Source of the DNA: Candidatus Micrarchaeia archaeon
GTDB lineage: Archaea > Micrarchaeota > Micrarchaeia > Burarchaeales > Fermentimicrarchaeaceae
Direction of reading: 5' to 3'
Length of the DNA: 64,000 nt
NCBI GenBank assembly: GCA_038871515.1
Contig: JAVZHX010000001.1
Span: forward strand, 96,001 to 160,000
This document shows positions 17,443 through 27,350 of the stretch, piece by piece; the stretch's first letter is position 1, and each line of letters begins with the position of its first letter. Position numbers and translations under genes: made by a program. Under the pieces are notes generated by a model that was not told the DNA's origin, did not search any database, and saw only the letters and a list, made by a program, of their open reading frames with translations.

Positions 17443-19206
17443 TCAAACTGCTTTGATGAATTTATCTCCGAGCATCCCGCGTATTTTACATATGAGCTCA
17501 GCTTCTCTATCGCTCAGCAAGCCTCTGTATTTTTCAAGAAGCACCTTCGCATCCCCCTTTGGAATCACGCTGAACAAAATATCCCCTTCATTCACGTGCC
17601 TCCCGAAAACTGGCTCATCCATCGCAACCGCAACCTGCATTCCCTCAGTTGCTTCGTGAATGCTCTCCTTCTCCTTCTGAATTGACTTTATCTTTCCAAC
17701 AACAACTGCATTTTCATTCATAAACTCATAACCAGGTTTTATCCTTCCAGCAATAACCTCAACTCCAAATATTGCTGGTTTTGAAGCCCGGAAGCAGCAC
17801 CCTGGAAGAACTTTAATTTCTGCAGGAAGCACAAGCGAGGAGAAAGCCTCCAACTGCTCCCTCTTCCTCTCCTCCTCCACCCATTTTTTATAGCTCTCAA
17901 GAAGCGAGTAGATAATTCCCTCTGAGATTATTGTGATGCCAAGCTTTCTCGCCTCCTCCACCGCTTCTCCAAGCACCTCTGTGTTGAACGCAAGCACCAC
18001 TCCGTAGTATCTGTTTTGATTTCTCACTCCGCAAGCATCTATCACATCCTTCTTCACAACTGCCCCTATGCCTGCTCTGCTTACCGGCACCTTCTCATCA
18101 GAAAGCAGCTTGATTATCGCCTCAACAGAGCCAAGCGTATCGGCTTTTAATATAACTCCGGCAATCTCCTTTTCAAAAAGCACTGCACTTATCTCTTTCT
18201 CAACTTCCCTCTTTGCCCTCTCCCCTGAATCTGAGACAACAAAAACAGGCGAGCCAGCAATCGCATCCTCCAAACCAGGCGCAGCTATCTTCACACCGGC
18301 AGCAGCATGCACCTCCTCAACGTTCATGAATTTCTGCCTTGGATCCCTCATCTCATCCAACGGCTTTGGTTTGAGAAGCGCTCTCACTTTTGTTGATTTC
18401 GCTCCGTTTATACTTCCAAACACAATTGTATCTCCTTTCCTTATCACTCCATCGTATAGAATCACGTCAATTGTTTTCCCAAGCCCCACCTCATCCTTCA
18501 CTTCCAGTATGCTCCCTTTCCCTTCTCCTTTCTTCACATGCAACCTCGTCTTCAGGTATTTTTGTGAAAGCCCTGCTATCAGAAGAAGCAGCTCCCCAAC
18601 TCCTTCTCCTGTCTTTGCGCTTATTGGGATTATTGCAACCTGCTTTGTGAAATCTGAAACTCTGTCAAACCTCTCAGACTGAAACCCTAGTTCGCTGAGC
18701 CTGCCAACAAACCTGTAGAGAGTTTTTTCAAACTCTTCCTGCAGCTGGGGGGGTTGGGAGCTGATTGACGAGAGAAGAGATGAATCTGGATGGGGAACCC
18801 ATCCCTGAAGCAAATCTATTTTATTCAGCGCAATAACGAAAGGAGTTTTATACTCCTTCAGAATTTCAAGCGCTTCAAGCGTCTGCGGTTCAAAACCTTT
18901 AGTTACATCAACAACAAGCACCGCCATATCTGAGATGCTTCCGCCTCTTCTCCTCAAATTTGTAAATGCCTCATGCCCAGGCGTGTCTATGAAAAGCAAA
19001 CCAGGTATCTCCAGCTTTGTTTTCATAAGAGAGGTGACTGCTGCGGTTTTTGTTACTGCATCTACCGGCACCTCACTTGCCCCAATATGCTGTGTTATTC
19101 CCCCTTTCTCCCTCTTTGCAACAGATGTTTTTCTTATTCTATCCAGTAGAGAAGTTTTGCCGTGGTCTATATGACCCATCACCACTACAATAGGCTGCCT
19201 TATCAT
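17443..19206 (-). CDS. infB: Translation initiation factor aIF5B (IF-2)
   Basis: IRQPIV-VMGHIDHGKT, GGITQHIGA, DTPGHEAF-NLR-RGG, KADTLGS-EA. Confidence 0.97.
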   Translation of the reverse strand: MIRQPIVVVMGHIDHGKTSLLDRIRKTSVAKREKGGITQHIGASEVPVDAVTKTAAVTSLMKTKLEIPGLLFIDTPGHEAFTNLRRRGGSISDMAVLVVDVTKGFEPQTLEALEILKEYKTPFVIALNKIDLLQGWVPHPDSSLLSSISSQPPQLQEEFEKTLYRFVGRLSELGFQSERFDRVSDFTKQVAIIPISAKTGEGVGELLLLIAGLSQKYLKTRLHVKKGEGKGSILEVKDEVGLGKTIDVILYDGVIRKGDTIVFGSINGAKSTKVRALLKPKPLDEMRDPRQKFMNVEEVHAAAGVKIAAPGLEDAIAGSPVFVVSDSGERAKREVEKEISAVLFEKEIAGVILKADTLGSVEAIIKLLSDEKVPVSRAGIGAVVKKDVIDACGVRNQNRYYGVVLAFNTEVLGEAVEEARKLGITIISEGIIYSLLESYKKWVEEERKREQLEAFSSLVLPAEIKVLPGCCFRASKPAIFGVEVIAGRIKPGYEFMNENAVVVGKIKSIQKEKESIHEATEGMQVAVAMDEPVFGRHVNEGDILFSVIPKGDAKVLLEKYRGLLSDREAELICKIRGMLGDKFIKAV

Positions 19207-19289
19207 ACAAACACCAGAACAAGCTGGAGCTGCTGAAAGAATATGTAGTTATATAAAGGAAAATATATAACACTTTTCTCGGTGGAGTG

Positions 19290-19568
19290 ATGCAGGCGCA
19301 GGTGAAAGCAGACCCATTGATTTATGTGAAAAGAATAGAGGAGGTTAAAGGAAATCAGGAAGAGAGAGTGAAGGAGATAGAAGGAATAATAGCTGAGTAT
19401 ACAAAAAGAGGTGGCAGTTTGAGAGATTTGCGGTATTACCTCTCCCTACAATCAGAGGATAGAAAAGTTTTCCTTCAGCCAGAGAGAAAGGGCTACTGCG
19501 AACAACTGAAATCAGTGGAGAACCTTGACGTTGCACTCCTGCTTACTGAAAAGAGAATTAAAAGTTGA
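19290..19568 (+). CDS. Hypothetical protein
   Basis: About 92 aa, GGTGG RBS, AT-rich promoter-like region upstream, genome-typical codon use; no recognisable motif. Confidence 0.55.
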   Translation: MQAQVKADPLIYVKRIEEVKGNQEERVKEIEGIIAEYTKRGGSLRDLRYYLSLQSEDRKVFLQPERKGYCEQLKSVENLDVALLLTEKRIKS

Positions 19569-20271
19569 ACTTGCCTGCAAATACGTTTTTGAGCTTCAGC
19601 GATTCCTCTCCAGGGTTTTGGGAGTCAACTATTTTTCTTCCCACAATTGCAAAGTTTGCTCCTGCTTTGAATGCTTTCTCAGCATCCCCTCCCTGCGCTC
19701 CTATTCCCGGCGATAGTATCAGAAGCTTCTCCCCAATTCTCTTCCTTATTGATGAGAGCATCTCATACTGGTTGCCCGGCGCAATAACGCCAGCAGCATT
19801 CAATCTTCCAGCCATATCAGCGATTTTGCCAATTATTTCTTCTGTGAACAGGTTATCTGGGCTTGTCATGGTGACAAGCACGAAAACTCCCTTTTTCATC
19901 TTATTCCCAACGTTGATTACTGATTCAACTGCTTTTTCTCCTGAGAAACCATGGCAGATTATCGCATCATAACCCTTTGTGAGGTAATACTCCGCTTTCA
20001 TTGCATTGCTTCTGTCTATATCCGCTATCTTTGCATCAAGTATAACTGGCACACCATCCCCAATTCTCTTTAAGGTGAGTATGGCGCTCTCGTGCGAGAA
20101 ACCCCACAAGTCTGCATACTCTGGGTGAACCTTCACCGCAGCTATATTTTTTGCTGACTCAGTAAGCACCTTCTGCGCCTTATTCCAATCCGTGGTGTCA
20201 AGCGCCAGTATTATATTCGTCCCTCTTCTTTTTGCGTTTTCAATGAATGCTCTCCTGAATACATCCTGCAT
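19558..20271 (-). CDS. pyrF: Orotidine 5'-phosphate decarboxylase
   Basis: ILALD, AVK, catalytic DAKIADI, MTSP, SPGIGAQGG, IVGR. Confidence 0.93.
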   Translation of the reverse strand: MQDVFRRAFIENAKRRGTNIILALDTTDWNKAQKVLTESAKNIAAVKVHPEYADLWGFSHESAILTLKRIGDGVPVILDAKIADIDRSNAMKAEYYLTKGYDAIICHGFSGEKAVESVINVGNKMKKGVFVLVTMTSPDNLFTEEIIGKIADMAGRLNAAGVIAPGNQYEMLSSIRKRIGEKLLILSPGIGAQGGDAEKAFKAGANFAIVGRKIVDSQNPGEESLKLKNVFAGKFNF

Positions 20272-20316
20272 GTTATTACCTCCGTATAGATTAGGTGGTT
20301 AAATAATTAAATTTTA

Positions 20317-20724
20317 CTATGTAAGCTCCCTCATGAGCTTTCTGTAGCTTTTGGGATATCTTCTTTTCAGGTTCCTGCAACGTCTGTAGTAAAGGAAGTT
20401 GGATGTCATGATGCTGGCTTCAAAAGCTGAGAAGAAGGAAAGCAGCGCAAGCATTTCAAAATCATTGTTGAGGAGATAGATGAACACCACTGTAAGGGTG
20501 TAAAAAATCCATTGCAGAAGCAAACCGAGCACTGCTGAAACTTCATAGCTGAAATACCTCCAGAGCAACTTCTGGAATGGATTCTGCTCCCTGCTCTCGG
20601 ATATTTTCTTTCCAAGCGCTTCCGTTGTGAACTTCACAGCACGGTAAGTGCTAAGTTGATCCATCACGGCAAATAAACATAACATAAACCAGGTGAACAC
20701 AGAAAGCTCTGTGGATGAAACCAT
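20317..20724 (-). CDS. Small membrane protein (DUF5658-like)
   Basis: Three hydrophobic segments; D-x-x-STY...E-x-NP motif. Confidence 0.55.
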   Translation of the reverse strand: MVSSTELSVFTWFMLCLFAVMDQLSTYRAVKFTTEALGKKISESREQNPFQKLLWRYFSYEVSAVLGLLLQWIFYTLTVVFIYLLNNDFEMLALLSFFSAFEASIMTSNFLYYRRCRNLKRRYPKSYRKLMRELT

Positions 20725-20736
20725 ATAAACGCCAGG

Positions 20737-21297
20737 TTAGATGGTGAAATACTCCCTGAATTTCTTCGTTGTGTTCAACACCTTTGTTCTCCCTTTCCTC
20801 TCAGCTGTTATGAACTCCTTCTCAACAAGCTCCTTCACATGCTCATAAACAGACGAGCCAATCATTTTCACAAGCTTTGACTGGGTGATTCCATCATTCT
20901 TTGCAATCACCGCAAGCGTCTTTATCGCTCCTTTTGAAAGCTCTGCTTCCTTTGCCAAGCCAGAAACCTTCTTCTCATACTCTGGCTTCAGCCTCATTAT
21001 ATAACCTCCATCCTCAAAAACAATCACAATTGCACTTCCCCTTGCCCCATACTCCTGCTGAAGCTCCTTTACCTTATCCTCAACAACTTTCCAGGAGTTT
21101 GCCCCGGATATTTTTGAAAGCGCTCTGACTGTTAAAGGGGAGGTGCTCATAAAAAGAGCTGCTTCTATAACTCCTTTCACATCACTCTCTTGCACGGGTT
21201 GAGTTGTTTTCTGCCCAAGCTCCTCCTCAATAACTTGATTAACCTGCTCCGCCTGCTCAGGTTTTTCAGTTTCACCCTCTGAACTCTCGCTTTCCAT
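20737..21297 (-). CDS. scpB: SMC-Scp complex subunit ScpB
   Basis: IEAALFMS, LS-x-x-A-KTLAVIA, TT-KF-EYF; adjacent to scpA. Confidence 0.92.
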   Translation of the reverse strand: MESESSEGETEKPEQAEQVNQVIEEELGQKTTQPVQESDVKGVIEAALFMSTSPLTVRALSKISGANSWKVVEDKVKELQQEYGARGSAIVIVFEDGGYIMRLKPEYEKKVSGLAKEAELSKGAIKTLAVIAKNDGITQSKLVKMIGSSVYEHVKELVEKEFITAERKGRTKVLNTTKKFREYFTI

Positions 21298-21323
21298 GCT
21301 TCAATTGTGGTGAAGAAAAGATA

Positions 21324-22040
21324 TTAACCTTTACGCATCTGCTTCTCCTCAGCTGCGGGGAGCTGTATGAATATCTCACCAAAAAATTTCTCCTGAAAAA
21401 CAGAAAGTTTACCTTCCTGCGCAAGATGGAGCACTGGAAGCAGCGTGTAGATTATCTCCTCCCGTGTTTTGTTTTTCAGCAATGACGAGAAAGTCACCAA
21501 ACCAGTTGAATCCGCAAGCTTTTTCACTTTATTATAAATTTCCTTCATCCTCTCGGTTATATCATACTTAGGAAGATTTATCAGAAGACTTTCCTTTACA
21601 ATCGGCTTCTCCTGCTTTCTTCTCTGCTCCTCAAATACTTCCTCCAAAGCAGACATCAGCTCATCCAACGTAACCTTTCTCTTCCTCGGTATTCTGGTTC
21701 TTAGGGAGAGCATTGGTATCTCAACAGGCGCCTGTGCTTCATCTATGAAAGTCTGCTCCTCAACTACCTGCTCCTCCTCCTCAAACTTCAAAGCATCGCT
21801 TTTAAAACGCAGTAGAATTGATGCTGCCAGAATGAGGTTGGCTGGCACCCTCAAATCAAGTTTCTGCAACTTCCTAACCCTTTCAATGTATTTTGTTGCT
21901 ATTTCAACCAAATCAATATTCCATGGGTCAAGCTTCTCTGTAACCACCAAGTCAAGCAGCATCTCCCTCCAAGTAGGTTGAGCCACAAGCTCCTCCAAGT
22001 CCACTTTTGTTTTAACATTGTTTGACTGTTCTTCCACCAT
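21324..22040 (-). CDS. scpA: Segregation/condensation protein ScpA (kleisin)
   Basis: LDPWNIDL, A-x-LLRFKS, VTLDELM-AL, LHLAQEG, QEKFFGEI. Confidence 0.93.
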   Translation of the reverse strand: MVEEQSNNVKTKVDLEELVAQPTWREMLLDLVVTEKLDPWNIDLVEIATKYIERVRKLQKLDLRVPANLILAASILLRFKSDALKFEEEEQVVEEQTFIDEAQAPVEIPMLSLRTRIPRKRKVTLDELMSALEEVFEEQRRKQEKPIVKESLLINLPKYDITERMKEIYNKVKKLADSTGLVTFSSLLKNKTREEIIYTLLPVLHLAQEGKLSVFQEKFFGEIFIQLPAAEEKQMRKG

Positions 22041-22065
22041 ACGCTCTCCTCTTTAGATAATTACG

Positions 22066-23100
22066 TTAACCAATTATTTTAAAATCAACCACAACCTGCA
22101 CAACTCCAGGAGCAAACGGCCTTACAACCCTTCTCCCAACAACCTCTGCTTCTCTACCGCACATAAGAGCATTTATTTCTATCTGCTTCTCCGCTTCCTC
22201 AAACGGGTTTTTCTCTGGAGCAAACTTGTAGAAGTGAACTATGCAGTTTTTCTTTGCAGCAAGGAAAGCCTCCTCAAGGAACTCCTCAGCTCCTTTTGGT
22301 AATGGCATTAAAACTCTATCAGCCCACTCAATAAACTTCTTTGGAACAACTTCCCTCACGTCAGCAAGAATTGGAGTTATTATCTCCTGCATTCTGTTCA
22401 ACCGTATGTTTTCCTCCAAATACTTGAAAGCAACTGGGTTCAGCTCAACTGCGCAAATTTTGACTCTGGGTTGAGTTTTTGCAATCACAATTGGGAAGGG
22501 GCCGACTCCTGCAAACATCGCAAGTATGTTTTCACCTGGTTTAACCTGCTCTGCAATTCTTTTCCTCTCAAAAGAGAGACGAGGCGTAAAATAAACTTTT
22601 GAAACATCTAACCTGAATCTGCAGTTATTTTCATGGTATTCAGTAACTGTTCTCCTCTCCCCTGCAATCGGCTTCAGCTTCCTTATCCTGAAAACTCCAA
22701 GCATTGGGCTTGCTTTCTTAAAAACTGATTTCACGTTTCTGTGCACTTCCATCAGGGAATTTGCAATAACCTTCTCCTTCCTCTCAAGATTTTTTGGAAT
22801 TTCAATTATCGCAATATCGCCTATTATATCAAAGGATTTCACAACTTGTTTTAGCTCCTCTGGGGTAAGTTTTCCTCTCAAACTTTCCTCCAATGAAAAA
22901 ACCCTTGGAGCTCTTTTGGTTAGCTCAACTTCAAAAAGCTTAAAATTTCTGAATTTACCTTTCACTGGAAAGTATACTCCTTCAGGAGATTTTTTTGGAG
23001 CATAACTGGTATCAAGCAAATTCAGCGAGAGCAGCTCCCTTCTCACTTTTTCAGCATTTTCTCTCTTAACAAGAATGCATCTAACCACGCAATCACTCAA
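22066..23100 (-). CDS. trm5: tRNA m1G37 methyltransferase Trm5 / Taw2-Met10+ family SAM methyltransferase
   Basis: SFDIIGDIAI, YFTPRL-ER, MFAGVGPF, ELNP-A, DRVLMPLP. Confidence 0.85.
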   Translation of the reverse strand: MSDCVVRCILVKRENAEKVRRELLSLNLLDTSYAPKKSPEGVYFPVKGKFRNFKLFEVELTKRAPRVFSLEESLRGKLTPEELKQVVKSFDIIGDIAIIEIPKNLERKEKVIANSLMEVHRNVKSVFKKASPMLGVFRIRKLKPIAGERRTVTEYHENNCRFRLDVSKVYFTPRLSFERKRIAEQVKPGENILAMFAGVGPFPIVIAKTQPRVKICAVELNPVAFKYLEENIRLNRMQEIITPILADVREVVPKKFIEWADRVLMPLPKGAEEFLEEAFLAAKKNCIVHFYKFAPEKNPFEEAEKQIEINALMCGREAEVVGRRVVRPFAPGVVQVVVDFKIIG

Positions 23101-25897
23101 AAAATATAGATGGTTTCATCGGCATTGCCTGCGCTGCTTTCTTCGCATGTCTCTCATCTGCCTTATCTTCCGAAAGAACAAACACGTCTGCTGTGAGCTC
23201 TGCGGAGAGAAACTCCTTCCCGCTTTCAAGCGCATCCCTCTCCTCTCTTAAGCTGAGAACTCTTTCTGAAAGATAATTAACATTCTTAATAAGCTGCTCA
23301 ACAACTCTTTGAGTTTCCTTTGGGTTCTCCCTCATTCTCTCATCCCTCATCGCTTCCTTCATCACAACATCAAATCGCTTCTCCTTGTAACAAAGCTGGT
23401 AGAGCTTCCTCTTCCATTCAGAAGCGCAGTATATGTATACGTTTCTCGGCGTCATCTTCGTTATCTCCAGTATATTTTCAATATCGCTGCGGGTATCCCT
23501 GATGAGCTGCTCCGAAAGTTCGGAAACAATATCTATTTTCATCTCATCATGTTTGGGCCAGTCAGCAGTTGAAACAAACTCCGAATCGCTCAGAAACTCC
23601 TTCTTTCCTAGCTTCTCCCACATCTCCTCAGCAAAGTGAGGCATAAAAGGAGCAAGCAGCACAATCAAATACTCCAAGTACTCCCTAAGCACCTTTCTGT
23701 TCTTTCCCCCTCTTCTCAGATACCACTTCAGCTCGTTGATTGACTCATAAAATGCTTTCTGAGCTGCATCGCGAAGCTCAAGTTTTTCATATAACTCTGT
23801 GCAGAGTTTAACCTTTCTGTGTATTGCTGAGAGAAGCCATCTATCTATATAACTTTCCTCCTCCGGAAACTCATTGCACTTTTCAACCAACATTTGTATT
23901 GAATTCATCCTTGAGCGAATTCCCTCAGCCATTGTTGAGTTGAAATCCGCATCCTGGGATAAGTCCGCTCCAGAGACAACTGAGAAGCGCACAACATCTG
24001 TCCCATATTTTTTTATCGCCTCCCTCAGCGGCAGTATATTGCCCATGCTTTTGCTCATCTTCTTCCCTTCCATCAGCACAAACCCATTTGTCACAATCTG
24101 CTTTGGCCAAAGCTCCCTTGGGAAGATTGCAACGTGGTTGAACAGGAAAAACGTTAAGTGGTTATGTATTAAATCACCTGCAGAATGCCTTGAGTCAAGA
24201 GGATACCAGTAGAGAAACTCCTCCCTCATTTTGTTAAGCAACGTCTCCTCAACTCCAAGCTTTTTTGATAATTCTCCACTGCTGCCTTTGCCAAGGAAAA
24301 CAAAATCAAAAAACTCCGGCGTGAGCTTCTCAGCATCAATCTCTTTTAAGTAGTGCGATATTGTGTAGAATGCCATGTAGATTGTTGAATCTGAAAGAGA
24401 TTCAATTATCTGAGTTCTATCAAACGGAAAAGGAGTTCCAAGCCCGCTTGCTCTGACGCATGCTTTCTCCTTCAGCCAATCAATTGTGTATTCGTATTCA
24501 ACAACAGTTTTCTTTGGTATAATATTAACATTTTTCAAGCACTCCTTCACCTGCCCCTTCCACCCCTCATCCCCGTAGTTTATGAACCACTGATTCTCAA
24601 CTCTCTTCACAACGCACAAAGCACCGCACCTGCAGTAAACTGGGCCGTTGATTATCTCGTACATAACAAGCGCTTTCCCTTCAGCCAGCATATCATTTTT
24701 TATTTTCTCCTTTGCAGTCAACGCTTTCTCACCTTTATACCTTCCAAGCAGCATCACCCCGCGGTGCGCTTCTGCCCTGTACAGCTCCTCGGTTGCCTGC
24801 TCCGCTTTCGGGTCTTTCTGGTTTTCGACTCCCAGCCTCTCGCAAACCTCCTTCGCAGGGTTGCTTCCATACCCCTCAAGCGCTATAACCTGAATTGATA
24901 AGTCAGAGTATTTCTCAAATGAACTTCCTTTCAAATCCCTTAATGCAAGGTAATCATACGGAGCATGCGCTGGAACGCTCATAACAACCCCCGAGCCATT
25001 CCTTGGGTCAACAAAGTCAGCCGGCAGAATAGGAATTTCCTTTCCAGTCATGAGGTTCACGCACGTTTTTCCAATCAGCTCAACCGTTCTTATCTGCCCC
25101 TTCACCTCAACTTTCATCTGATGCTTCAGCTTCTCAGCAGCCTCAGAGGAAACAACGTATTTTTCACCGTTGCTTTCTATTATCAGGTAATTTGAGCTGG
25201 GGTTCACCCATATGTTGGTTACACCGTAAACCGTTTCCGGTCTGAAAGTTGCGGTGAGCAGATAATAATCACCAAACTTGAACTTTATCAAAACATACTC
25301 ATCAATATTCGGCTCCACATCTTCCTGTGTATCGTGCGAGCCAACCGCATTATTGTCGTTTGGGCACCATGGAACTGGATGGCTTCCTTGTTTCAGATAA
25401 CCTTTCTCATTCAACTTTATGAACTGCCACTCAATAAACTTGTTGAACATTTTATCATAAGTATAGAACTTCCTCCTCCAGTCAATTGAGAACCCCATCT
25501 CCCTCATCCCAAGCTCAATCTCCCTGCTGAAAAAATCAACAAGCTTCTCAGGGGTGTTGAGCTGCGAGATGATGTGCTCAGGGATGTTGTATATATTTTT
25601 GAATATTTCATAAATTTCCTTATCACCTGCAGCAATTCTCTTTGCCATTGCAAGGACTGGAGTGCCGGTAACATGGAACCCCATTGGAAAGAGAACGTTA
25701 TATCCTTTCATTCTCATAAAACGAGCGTAAACATCTGTTGTCGTATACGTTCGGGCATGCCCAATATGCTGAGGGCTGTTTGGATACGGAAAGGCTGCAG
25801 TTAGGAAGAACTTCCTGCTCTCGCTTACATCCGCTTCATAAATCCCTGAATCCGCCCATCTTCTCTGCCACTTCTCCTCAACGTCACAAAGCTCCAT
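23093..25897 (-). CDS. leuS: Leucine--tRNA ligase (archaeal type)
   Basis: FPYPNSPQHIGH, CP1 editing motif GSGVVMSVPAHAPYDY, IESLSDSTIYMA, KMSKS. Confidence 0.97.
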   Translation of the reverse strand: MELCDVEEKWQRRWADSGIYEADVSESRKFFLTAAFPYPNSPQHIGHARTYTTTDVYARFMRMKGYNVLFPMGFHVTGTPVLAMAKRIAAGDKEIYEIFKNIYNIPEHIISQLNTPEKLVDFFSREIELGMREMGFSIDWRRKFYTYDKMFNKFIEWQFIKLNEKGYLKQGSHPVPWCPNDNNAVGSHDTQEDVEPNIDEYVLIKFKFGDYYLLTATFRPETVYGVTNIWVNPSSNYLIIESNGEKYVVSSEAAEKLKHQMKVEVKGQIRTVELIGKTCVNLMTGKEIPILPADFVDPRNGSGVVMSVPAHAPYDYLALRDLKGSSFEKYSDLSIQVIALEGYGSNPAKEVCERLGVENQKDPKAEQATEELYRAEAHRGVMLLGRYKGEKALTAKEKIKNDMLAEGKALVMYEIINGPVYCRCGALCVVKRVENQWFINYGDEGWKGQVKECLKNVNIIPKKTVVEYEYTIDWLKEKACVRASGLGTPFPFDRTQIIESLSDSTIYMAFYTISHYLKEIDAEKLTPEFFDFVFLGKGSSGELSKKLGVEETLLNKMREEFLYWYPLDSRHSAGDLIHNHLTFFLFNHVAIFPRELWPKQIVTNGFVLMEGKKMSKSMGNILPLREAIKKYGTDVVRFSVVSGADLSQDADFNSTMAEGIRSRMNSIQMLVEKCNEFPEEESYIDRWLLSAIHRKVKLCTELYEKLELRDAAQKAFYESINELKWYLRRGGKNRKVLREYLEYLIVLLAPFMPHFAEEMWEKLGKKEFLSDSEFVSTADWPKHDEMKIDIVSELSEQLIRDTRSDIENILEITKMTPRNVYIYCASEWKRKLYQLCYKEKRFDVVMKEAMRDERMRENPKETQRVVEQLIKNVNYLSERVLSLREERDALESGKEFLSAELTADVFVLSEDKADERHAKKAAQAMPMKPSIFFE

Positions 25898-25932
25898 AAG
25901 CACCACTTACTTATACGCAAAGTTAATTTAAA

Positions 25933-26832
25933 TTATTCATTGAAAGCACTACAGAAACTCCAGAAGTTCTCCCCAAGTTTCTCAAGATAGTAACCTCCTT
26001 CAAGCACTGCAAATGTTTTTGCATTCAGCTTCTTCGCTTGTTTGTTTATCATTGAACCAATTTTGTTATACGTGCTGCTATTCTGAATATCAATTGCATT
26101 CCCGCAGAGATAATCCTTGTAATACGTATCAAACCCAACGCTCACCCCAATGAGCTCTGGTTTGAATTCATCTGAGTATTTAAGAAAATTCCTTTCAAAA
26201 ATTTTCAAATACTCATCATCATTTGTTTCAGGTTGAATTACAATATTTTTTATATGCTCGTTGTTCTCGCTCTCAAAACCAGTTGTATATGGGAAACAGG
26301 TGTTCGGGTCCTGGTGGAATGAGAGGTAAAAAACTCTCTTATCTTCATAAAATATATCCTGCGTCCCATTTCCATGGTGCTGGTCTATATCAACAATCAT
26401 CGCTCTGCCAACTCCCTCCTTCAGCATGGATGCAACTGCAAACGCAATGTTATTAAGATAGCAGAAACCGCCGAAGAAGTTTCTGCCAGCATGGTGCCCA
26501 GGTGGCCTCACCAACGCAAAAGAGAATTTTGGGTTTTTGGCTGCTTTCAAAGCAGCTCCAGCAGCAAGCTTTGCAATCTCAAATGTTTTTTTTGAAAATG
26601 GGTTATCCCCTCCTCCTCTCTGCATCTCTGAAAGGAATTTCAGCCTTTCAATATAGCCCTCCTCATGAACAATATATAAATCGCTTTCATCAATTCTTTC
26701 AGGCAATTCAAAAGAAACAGGCAGGTTGTTCTCCTTGATGTATTTCACTATTGCAATCAACCTTTGAGGGCTTTCGGGGTGCCCTTCTCCAGTCTCATGC
26801 TCCAAAAATTTTTCTGAGTAAACAACTTTCAT
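25933..26832 (-). CDS. Histone deacetylase (HDAC/AcuC) family protein
   Basis: HPESPQRL, RPPGHHA, GFCYLNN, D-D-HHGNGTQ, GFD, LEGGY. Start set at MKVVYS because the longer track ORF runs through tRNA-Ser. Confidence 0.92.
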   Translation of the reverse strand: MKVVYSEKFLEHETGEGHPESPQRLIAIVKYIKENNLPVSFELPERIDESDLYIVHEEGYIERLKFLSEMQRGGGDNPFSKKTFEIAKLAAGAALKAAKNPKFSFALVRPPGHHAGRNFFGGFCYLNNIAFAVASMLKEGVGRAMIVDIDQHHGNGTQDIFYEDKRVFYLSFHQDPNTCFPYTTGFESENNEHIKNIVIQPETNDDEYLKIFERNFLKYSDEFKPELIGVSVGFDTYYKDYLCGNAIDIQNSSTYNKIGSMINKQAKKLNAKTFAVLEGGYYLEKLGENFWSFCSAFNE

Positions 26833-26845
26833 AAATATCACTAAA

Positions 26846-26932
26846 CGCCAGGGGTGAGATTTGAACTCACACTCCCCGTAAGGGGAACCAGATCTCAAGT
26901 CTGGCGCATTGACCAGATTCTGCCACCCTGGC
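26846..26932 (-). tRNA. tRNA-Ser(TGA)
   Basis: Acceptor GCCAGGG/CCCTGGC, anticodon arm CCAGA-CT-TGA-GA-TCTGG, long variable arm TCCCC-TTAC-GGGGA; lies downstream of tuf-rps10. Confidence 0.95.
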
Positions 26933-26978
26933 GTGAGTATATTATCTCTTGCCACATTTAAAAAGCATTCAATAAGAG

Positions 26979-27284
26979 TTACTCCAAACTTATTTCAATA
27001 TGCACCGTGTCAGGCACTCTAACCCTCATAATTTGTCTGAGAATTCGCTCATCCCCAACAACGTCAATAACTCTCTTCCTTATCCTCATCTCCCAGTGCT
27101 CATATGTGTCAGAACCATCCCCGCAAGGAGTTCTTCTTGTGGTTACCCTCAGTCTTTTTGTTGGAAGTGGAATTGGGCCTCTCATTTCAACCCCCGCCGC
27201 CTTTGTTATTTCTCTTATCTGATTGCAAACATCGTCAAGCTCTCGCGGGTCCTTGCCTATCAGCTTTATCCTTGCGCGGGTCAT
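26979..27284 (-). CDS. rps10: 30S ribosomal protein S10
   Basis: ARIKL, GPIPLPTK, RRTPCGDGS-TYEHWEMRI-KR. Confidence 0.97.
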   Translation of the reverse strand: MTRARIKLIGKDPRELDDVCNQIREITKAAGVEMRGPIPLPTKRLRVTTRRTPCGDGSDTYEHWEMRIRKRVIDVVGDERILRQIMRVRVPDTVHIEISLE

Positions 27285-27350
27285 CTTTAGCACCTTTATT
27301 TGCTCTCATTACTCAGTAATGAGAAGCAGAAGAGAAAAATAAAAAAGAAA

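Noticed and set aside
20737..22040. scpA-scpB without smc as a novel SMC-less system
   Set aside because: smc is often encoded elsewhere; absence from a 64-kb window is uninformative.
26833..26955. 41-aa N-terminal extension of the HDAC ORF
   Set aside because: It runs through tRNA-Ser(TGA); the real start is MKVVYS at 26832.
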